Of a DNA stretch of 64,000 nucleotides, positions 48,655 through 64,000 are shown piece after piece. Source of the stretch: Tubiluchus corallicola (taxonomy: Eukaryota > Animalia > Priapulida). The translations under genes were made by a program, and so were the position numbers. The notes under the pieces are model-generated. The model did no database searches. It saw only the letters and a list, made by a program, of their open reading frames with translations, and had not been told where the DNA came from. The stretch spans positions 248,001 to 312,000 of the forward strand of contig JAQGDQ010000085.1 of NCBI GenBank assembly GCA_030141605.1. The letters run 5' to 3'. Every line of letters starts with the position of its first letter. The stretch's first letter is position 1.

Positions 48655-51619
48655 ATGCAACTTGACATTCCCTCAGAGTTCGGTTATGTGGTCTTGGTAG
48701 CCGTAGTTTCAATTTTTATGATTATGTGGCTTGGAATGAATGTTGGGAAAGCCAGAAAACAATATGAAGTGAAGGTATTATCGGTTGTATTGTACTGTAC
48801 TGTAGTTGATGCGTTATAACTGGAGATAGTGTAGGGTTAGTAACAGACGTCAGAGTTACCCACTTAAAAATCTAGTTGTTTTCTTTTCTCGGTGCACATC
48901 ACTGTAATAAAATTATTATGTTAAATAAATGATTCAAGTTTAGAAGTTACTCAAAAGTCAGCTCGAAAACGAGAAAAATTGCCCAAAAGAAAACTAGATA
49001 AGTTTTTAAGGTGTCAGATAATTCAACTATGCTTCAACCATAATTCATCATTTGTTTTCAATAAAAATTTTAGTTATTTTTGACTTGAAATTTGTGTTGT
49101 TTGAATAAGACCACTTGTATACGGAATTTATTACACTGCATTGTAATAACTAAAGCTTCATTGATTTACTATGCACATTGTAAAATAAAATGCACTTTTT
49201 TAAATTTACAGTATCCCCAGATGTACAGTGACAAATCAGTGGTATTCAATTGTTATCAGAGGGCACATCAAAACACGTGAGTATGGGCTTTGATATGACA
49301 GCTGCAATTCCTGTAAATTACTCATTGATTGGACTGCTAAGTTAATTATAGTGAGTCAAATTTCTGGAACTTGCTATGGAATGGGCTTATGAACAGAATA
49401 TGTATGTACAGTGTAATTCTTAGTGCACCTAGGAGGAATAGTTAAGTGCTTGGCAATTAATATTGCTATTATATTATTGATAGAACTTGATAAATATTCG
49501 AAAATGGATTTTTTGCACAAATTTTTTGGAAAGTTTTGTGACAAATAGTTCTTTGTCACGTTTAATATGACATGATTTCTAGTTCCGAAACTCGCTATTT
49601 ATGGATGTTTTTAACCTAAGTACAGTAACCTGGTATACTTGAGAGTCGTTCCATTTACCTGCTGTTAGTATGTTTTGTTTCCAAGTTCACTTGAAGCAAA
49701 AGCCAAATTTCTCGGGAAGTTGAGCTTATTTTTAATATTTGGGAAAAATGTCAGAAAGTTTCAGCAATAAAACCGTGATAAGCATCATGTGTAACTAGTA
49801 AAGTCAATTTCAAGTCATGATTACTTTGCACTTGGGTGCGCTCATTTTAGACAAAAAATGGCGTGATCCGGTTTCCGTGCAATATAAACATGATTGAATG
49901 ACTGATTTCTAGATAAACACAACATTAGAATAATGGAATGTCTAAGCAAACTGTTGAAATTTTGCAGCACATGCCTTTACACAGCTTGCCTTCACGGCAT
50001 TCATGCTGCTCAGCATATATACCAGCTTACGTCATTTTTTTTAAATATGCTGGCGTTTTTAAATATATCGACGTTCGTTTGGAGGGAGATAAGAAATATT
50101 TAAATTTCTTCTACAATCAAAGCAGTCTATGCTCATATTTTGTATTGTAATTTCAGTATTTTTAATTGTAGTTTAAAAAGTGCAATAAATGTTGTTCGAG
50201 GGTTGGTTCTTCCTTTAACTTTGACCAGTCATTATTTTGAGGCTGTATCTGTTATTTTTTATTTAATGTTGATTGAGCACCTTTAACTGCTGACTGAATG
50301 AGGGCCAGACACTAAATGATGCTATAGAAGTATGTAATGATATCATCTTGATCCATATGAATATAGGTTAATAGACACGTGGTATCTACATTGTTAACTT
50401 TTTTTAGTGAATTTTAATTAGACATATATTGCTTTGCTTGATATCTTTTACTCTTTTTACTTACAGCTTGGAATTTTATCCCCAGTTTCTCTTTCTCTTA
50501 TTTGTGAGTGGATTGAGATATCCGGTAAGTACACTGATTAGCTAGTTATTGTTACCAGTAATAATTAACGGAATAATAATAGTACAATATTAATAACCCT
50601 TACTTCAAGTCTGCTTTAAATTCAGCAGACAACACAAGCCTGCCATGAGGCTCTTACACTGGCATTGAACTCACTTCCTCTTAGACGGAAAGCATGTGCG
50701 TTATCGATTTTGTTATACCTGTCATAAAAGTTTGAATGTAATGTTTAAAAGTTATTTTATTTATTAGCCTCACTTGCATTAAAGCTAGTTAAGCAGCCAG
50801 CATAAAACTGAAGTTAATGTAGCAGAATCACTTGGTACTATGCTGTTTGGAAATTGTACGAAATAAAATAATAATATAAAAATAATAATCTTTGTCAGCA
50901 CTTTCAGTTGAGAAATCAGACAATGCGTAATAGGAGAAAAATTAATTGATAGTAGAAGAGAAAAATTTGTTACCCAATATTAACAAATCTACCATCTTTG
51001 ATAACTGGTGTGTTGATTTTCAGTGTGTAGCAGCCACTGCAGGTGCTGTTTGGATTGTTTCTCGCATTGTCTATGCAAAGGGATATTATACAGGAGGTAA
51101 TCCTTTAATTTTTGGGTTCCTAGCTTGTGCAGTAACTCTATAAAACCATCTTTTTCGTCTTGATAGCGGCCTCATTCTCATTGTTGCTTATGTAAGTTAG
51201 TTTTTAGCCAATTTTTATATAGCGATGTCACAACATAGTTACTCTATATATTCCATATTTTTAGAATAAAACAGATTTTATACTAAAGACTATGAACTGG
51301 TCTTGTAGAGTATGTGGTGCTGTGCAGCTAAATTTAAAAAGCACTAGCTTGTGACCTTGTAGCCCAAGTCCAAATTTTATCTGTTGACTTTATCTTTGTT
51401 AGCATTTCCTGATGGTCTAATGCAGAATTGGGTCAAAAGTTGTACTTTCAACCCCGGTAGTTTCTACGTCAAGCACTAATAAAACATGCATTTCTTATTG
51501 CAGATCCAGCAAAGCGAATGAGAGGAGCATTTGGGTACTTTGCACTGCTTACAATGATGGGGGCATCCATCTTGTTTGCGCTGGAAATGCTGAAGGTCAA
51601 GGTTCCATTTTTGCAGTAG
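48655..51619 (+). CDS. MGST3: Microsomal glutathione S-transferase 3 (MAPEG family)
   Basis: Exons 48655-48774, 49212-49276, 50467-50524, 51024-51096, 51504-51619: FGYVVLV..VGKARKQYEVK|YPQMYS..FNCYQRAHQNT|LEFYPQFL..|..SRIVYAKGYYTG|DPAKRMRGAFG..LQ*. Confidence 0.95.
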
Positions 51620-54600
51620 AACATTGCAGCTTGTCATTTCGAGCATTGTCATTGTTTGAGTAACTTTGCGTTGTTTAACTAAAACTTTGCACTATACATA
51701 AATAGAATGTGGTCTATTTTATAAGTTGCCTTTTAGTTATTGAACATTTTTATTACTGTGAAGTTACACATTTCATTGTATGACTGTTTACTTTTGCTAC
51801 ACGTAGTGTTATGTGTTTTAATTGCTTTTCCTCACATTTCAACCTCCTAGTAATGACAGTTTGCCTTTGTAAAGCTACTTTTTTCAGCATTTCTGGAATT
51901 GTTATTTACAAATTACACATTTGCCAATTTTCACTTCCATTCAGTGTGCTGTTACATGTACAAGGCCAAGACTTGCTTCGGTAGTCATTATCGTCATATC
52001 ATATCGTCATCACATGCCTAAGACGTCTGTTGTAGACATTAGGCAGGCAGATATTCTAGAAATTAAACACTGCAATGCCAGTGGCTTGTCAGCACCACTT
52101 CAACCACATTTAAGTTTGTTACAGTTCTATATTGTAATCATCGATACTTGCAAAATCGTTGAGTGCTGTAACTTTCTTAATTTAGAGCTTTAAGAACTGT
52201 TTCGTGTGATAGTGTATCTGTAATAAACACGTAATAGAGATAATTACCCTTCTACTTACTCTGCATTTTAGCACTGCAAATATTATATGTGTTTACAGTT
52301 TATTATGTCTCAGTTTACATCCCCAGTTTCTTATATATGGTATCTTGTATAATCAGAAACTTAAAAACTAATAGGTAAACTATTGTAAATGAGGAATTTG
52401 CAACATGAGTCAAAATTTCTGCATTTTGTAGAAAGTCTTGTCTGAAGATGGTTTACTTGTTAAATTTGTGTGTTTTTATAAAAATAGGAATTTAGACTGC
52501 TCTACTGAAAACTACTACAACGTAACACTTGAATACTGTGCACAGTGTGTAAAAACGAATATGAAAATAGTTAGTTATGATAGCTTCAGCAGATCACATT
52601 GTAAAAAAATGTTGACGAGATTTGATATCTGTGTTTTGCTTGAACTTTTGCCGCTGTACATTACCACACATTACAGTTTATACTTTATTCATAATGAGCG
52701 GTGGTACAAAATAAATATGCCTGTTTGTGATACCAATTAAATCATTCCTGAATTACAACAAAGTATTATAACTGCATCTTATGTGTACATTTTGGAATTT
52801 TATTGTTTCGAATTCCTAAAAAAATGTGGGAAGAAATGATTTTTGAGTGAGTGATCTAACCCCGGTACAGCAAATTATACACTTAATCGAATGATTCATT
52901 AGAAGCCATTTTTTATCATTGTGATTCAAATGTGTTTTTTAATTGTTGCCTATTGTGAGCATGCAGTAGCTAGTTACATGTAGTTCATTTGTGAAAAAAT
53001 CATTGTACGAAAGAGCAATGGTTGTGAAGAACAGTAACAACACTCAATGTTGAGTAGTATTAGCAGCACCGTGAGAAATGTAGGATAGTTTTGTTATAAA
53101 TTGTTAGTAATTAGGATGGTAATGATTTCAGTGACATTATATGAGAAAAATACTAGAGGTTAGTACATGCCCTTTTGTTATAGGGTACAGAAACAGCGAG
53201 CAACAGGACGGAATAGTTTATTACATTAAAGTACTGCTGAAAAAATGGCGAATTCATCTATCATGCTATCAAAATTGAGCATGGAACCCTCTCACACAGC
53301 CTGCATTCTCGAGGAGTATGATTGGAGCATCTCTTGCAGATGTCTCACAAGCTTATCTGTTAAATGCTGATCAGTGACATTTTTTTCACATCAATATATT
53401 TTTCACGCTGAACTTTGAGGCCTTGATGAATTCTCTATCATTTTAGCAATCCTTTGATGTAATAAATTGTTCTATAGTATTACTTAGTTTTTGTGCTCCC
53501 ACAGCAAAAGGTACCACCTACCACTGTTTTCAGCTAATTCGTTACATTTGTATCTTTTGCTAGTGGCATAATTTTTTATGTCGTAACAATAATACGCATC
53601 AGAATTTAAAACAGGACATCAAAGAGCATTTAACTTTTGTGTGCTGTATTCAAATTGTGCTCACTATTTTTATAAAAAAAATGTGTTTCTGCCACTACTT
53701 GTGCCTTTTCTTGGTCGAATTGTTTGACATTGTTACATCTTTGAAGCCGAGTGATGAATGTGTCACATAAGCAATAACAACTAACATTTGCTCTGGAAAG
53801 TTAAAGCTGTGCTACGCATGTCCGAATTTTGTTTGCTTTTCAACTTATTTTTCCTTTTTATCAGTGATTAATGAATGCAACTAAATGCAGGTACATGTAT
53901 CACAACTTAACAAAACCTTAAAAGCACAAGACTCCTTTATAAATAGTTTTTTATTATAAAATTTTACACTTTTAAGGAAGTGTACTGATTATTAAGTATA
54001 AAAGAACCGATTCACAAGCAACAAAACAAATACAACTTGGATACTTCAGTTTTTTGAAATGTCAACATTGTTTTAGAAATTTTGCATGGATAGCACATGC
54101 AGTATAAACCTATTGTGCATATCCTCATTAAAAAGAAACCCTAAGTTAAAAAGATAATTCTTATTCTTTGTTTTTAATAAATATCACCATATCAGGCGTA
54201 ATGCTCTGTTTTAACAACATTGTTTTTATTACTGGTGCTGCGAACTATTAAAATTATTATTGAACTAACAGAAACAAGAGCACCTTTAACTTTCAGCTAT
54301 GAAAAACATGGTCAGTCTAAACACTTAAACTTAGCAAATGGGCATTCTTTCACAGAACTTCAGTAATGACAAGTTAAAATACAAATGGGTATAAGGACAA
54401 GCTGAAAAATGCAAGGATCTTTTGAAGAAAAATGTGGTAAAATAACAATTGTTTTAGACAATCGTTATTATAATTAATTACGCATAGTTAGCAACTCTGT
54501 TCTTCAATTTGGGTATATTCAGCTTATTATAAAATATATACCAAACAAAGACATTACACAACATGCATAACTCATAAAAGGCCATCAATGGAAAACCAGG

Positions 54601-55349
54601 GAAGCTAATAATTGTTCTACGAGGAAGAAAAACATTATAAGTGCTAAGAGCTATTTTAGATCAGAACTTATTACCATCACAAACAAGTTATATGAAAAAT
54701 GAAAATGGCGTCAACAAGTTAATGTTGGACTTGTCCCTTTTTAGAAGCAAGAAAAGCACTTATTAATCGTTAAAAAAGCATATTTGTAACAGGCTTAACA
54801 TACAAAACTACTACCCAAGTCACAAAGCACTAACAGGAGTTACCAACAAACTAGCTCAAATTACGCAAAATTTTTAAACTACCACAAAAATTCCATATAA
54901 CAAACTTATTTACATTAATTCACAAAGCCATTGCAAAAGCAGTTAACAATTTTCATTGAGCACACAAAATAATAAGAGTATCTCGCAAAACTGTGCAAAC
55001 ATTGGAAAATAAATTAGCATCTTATAATTTATATTACAATTATCTACAATTGCTGTTTTACTCAGCAAAATCTTTGGATTCGTTTCTTCCACAAAAAAGT
55101 TCTGCTTACGTGACTGCACTCTGATGAACACAGCTTACGCTGTATATCACGTATGCAAATTGTAAAAGAAAACCTTGTCAATAATACTCGGAAATTAACC
55201 TATAGCGCTTTTCTTCGTTATGGGATCCGACAGTTCTAATCGTCCAATGTTTCAATGCTTTTGTCAAATGTCCAACTTATGCAGTCATCATAAATATCGT
55301 CTAATGTTATGACGGATGACAGACACCAAATATTTCAAGCCATAAAGAT

Positions 55350-55934
55350 TAGCCCGGGAGCCCAAGCTCAAAACAAGCCCAGGAAAATGAGTTTCCTTTG
55401 CTTAGTCTGGTGACCAATTTTTATCTATAGCAGATGATACAGGGGACCTTAGTGGTTACTGCCAAAGTGGCAGTACTAATTTTCAAGTGGGCCTTGTAGG
55501 TGGTATGGGCTCATTGTTGGGACCACCTCCAAAAGCCCTTGTTAATGCAAACATGTGCATGACAAACAAGAGGCTATTTTATGTAGCATCTGTGCAAGCA
55601 TTGAGCATTTACTTTATCTAGTGTTATTTTACAGATCATTGTATTCATTTGCTTAATAGTAGAAAAATTTTTGAATGGCCCACCATGGCATACTGCTGTA
55701 AAGGCTGCCCCATCTCAGCATAGCCCAAAAACAGGTTTACCAAAAAATTGTCTATTTTTCCTAGACGACTTTCCCACAAATTGAACCCATACCACCCACA
55801 AAGCCCACTTGAAAATTAGTACTGCAACTCTGGCAATAAGCACCAAGGTCTCGTCTATCACCTGATATTGGTAAAAAGCGGTCGCTAGACTGAGCAAGCA
55901 AAACTGATTTTTTTAACCTTGGGCTCCTGGACTA
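55350..55934. mobile_element. MITE with long (~170 bp) imperfect TIRs
   Basis: TAGCCCGGGAGCCCAAG..GCAGTACTAATTTTCAAGTGGGC..GGTGGTATGGG mirrored by CCCATACCACC..GCCCACTTGAAAATTAGTACTGC..CTTGGGCTCCTGGACTA. Confidence 0.8.
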
Positions 55935-57534
55935 GATAATTGACAATGCTACAGAAAGACTAAAATTTCGTCTACCATTTTCCAAATACTTTTGACGATA
56001 ACTGCTGCTGCAAACTGGTAATGTCTAACATGTTTATGGGCTGCCATTGCTCTGCTACCAATTCCTCTCTTGATGTCATTTTTTTTGCTAGAAACTTTAA
56101 CAAATTAAAAATAAAGTAACACAATTAGCAGCAAGAACACTCAGCTGGACAATTAAAAGTAAGTGGCATCAATTTTATTTGGTGTCCTGTCACTGCTGGA
56201 GTCCATTTCCTTCGACTTTGGTTACATAAGATTGTACCAAATTTGCAACAGGGGCCATCCACATATAGCAATATCAAGTTTAGGGTAGGTAGATGGCAGG
56301 AGACGTAACAGCGCCATTGTAATGCAAGGTAGGCAAGTCGTTTTGTCATGATATCGTTATTTGACATCACATTTTTTCATGAGTGCGTGTCAGGAGAAGG
56401 AATCTGCAGAATGGATTAATGAGAATGAGTTCAGGGAATTGGGGCTGCCAATGCCAGTAGAATCCACTGCTGAAAGTTTCTCGTTAATTAACACAAGTGA
56501 TGTTGTTGCCTGTCTTTGGGAGGAGGAAGAATAAAATGTTCGAAAAGTTACATCGATGTGATATCAATATCAATATAAGGGGTAGGTAGGTGGTGGGGGC
56601 ATATGATAACGCCATTATAATGAAAGGTAGGTAGGACCTCGAAATCGGTCGAAAACTTGAATGTGGAAAACATAATCGTTACATGTGCTTATGGCTCCTA
56701 TGGAACTTTAGACATATTACCAGCCTAGTAGAGCAAACAAGGTTAAAGGCACTTCATAGCTTGGTGACTCTAAACTTTCATTAACCGTCTTCTTTAATAT
56801 TACAAACTACTACCTTTTTAGAAAACTTTTTTATACATTGGAATTATGAAAATACTGCAGTTATCTACAAAATTTACTCGGCAGCCCATTTACAGCAATC
56901 AACGACTGAAAATTTATTGAAATTGTAAAGTAATAAAGCATTGAACTAGCAGAAAAACTCGGCCTACAAATTTAAAAATATCCATTTTGGCCAAACAACA
57001 GACACTAGATTAAAATCCAAATAAATTAACCTTAATTAAGTATTAGATCTGCTTTTTAGATGGACATTGTTTTTTTCTGTACAATACGTATTTCAGAATT
57101 ACGTCGAGAGCCATTTTCACATGTTGCAAGTTTTAAAAACACTGCATGTGTAAAATTATTGCATAAAATAATACAGCATCATTTATCATTACCAGTACTT
57201 CAAGATCAAGCAGAAATATCAAGGTTCAGGTGGCAAATGTCATCATTAGTGGAACATTAATGCTTAAGGTTGGATTCTTGTCATTATTAGCACTTAACTT
57301 GTTTCATCATTTTTATAAATAAATACCTCTGCGTCACTCACAACTCAGGTTTTCTTCTCTTATGATATAAAATTTGTAGCTAAAAACATCAACAACTCAT
57401 CTCTTCATTATAACACGAATCCTATCAAATTGTTTAACAATCAAAAGTATAATACTTTTACAAAATAATTACAGAGTAATTTACCAGGAATGCATAACTA
57501 GAAAACCACTCATTGCCTAGCTAGTCCGGAATCA

Positions 57535-63388
<5,854 letters not shown>

Positions 63389-64000
63389 TTATTTAGGAAA
63401 AAACACAAAATAACAACATTATAAATATTTATGCCCCCAAAGAAATGACTAAAGCAAAATCATTGTGTAGCATATCCATATATATGCAGTATGTGCATAC
63501 TAACAACTAAAGTGTACAAGCCTCCCTTTAAAATTATGGGTCCCTGTGTTGCAGTTTGTTATCACAATGCTCTCAGTAATTTATAAATAATCCCATATTT
63601 TATTTCTGTTTCAGAATAAACTCCATTAACGAGCCTGTGACAAAGACTGAAAACATCATGTCAACATGCAGTTCAAATAGAGACTTGCAGATACAGCCAA
63701 CAAGGTGCACAAGCTAATCCACTACACTGGTAATGCGAATTTAACAAAAGAATAACGACAATTATTGAAAAAATACCACAATTAAGAGACGCGGAAAAGA
63801 CACAACATTTCGAACTTATGTTGTAATTTAATGAATAAAAAAAAAATCACATAAATTTGCTAAAACAAATTTTTTGGAGAGGTTGTACATGATTAACACA
63901 TAAAGATATCACATTAAAATGATACAATCATATACTAAAAAACTTAAAGCTCAGAGAATGAAAACGACAGCAAAAAATACAGCATTATAAAATCACTGGC

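Noticed and set aside
49211-49218. GTATCCCC in MGST3 as a U12 donor
   Set aside because: It is the acceptor G plus exon codons TAT CCC.

Overview
AT-rich, intron-rich eukaryotic (metazoan, probably marine invertebrate/lophotrochozoan-like; inference) genomic DNA, not prokaryotic. Manual splicing recovers seven protein-coding genes: KDM4/JMJD2 demethylase (-, 3' end unresolved at the window's left edge), SFT2 vesicle-transport protein (+, complete, 7 exons), a single-coding-exon ankyrin-repeat/SOCS-box protein (+), mitochondrial arginyl-tRNA synthetase RARS2 (-, complete, 14 exons), DONSON (-, complete, 11 exons), MGST3 (+, complete, 5 exons) and the 3' part of a GH47 alpha-1,2-mannosidase MAN1A (-). 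Introns carry many MITEs (hAT-, Tc1/pogo- and Kolobok-like, foldbacks), LINE/SINE fragments and microsatellites. Most short ORFs in the supplied track are spurious or partial exons. I see no clear new multi-gene system. The most notable observations are a U12-type minor intron in DONSON, a palindromic element built from two head-to-head tRNA-like units, a minisatellite grown from a DONSON exon end plus its splice donor, an L2/CR1-type LINE with twin-priming-like inversion geometry, and an inverted MITE pair flanking two in-frame RARS2 exons. All coordinates were read by eye and may be off by a few bases.
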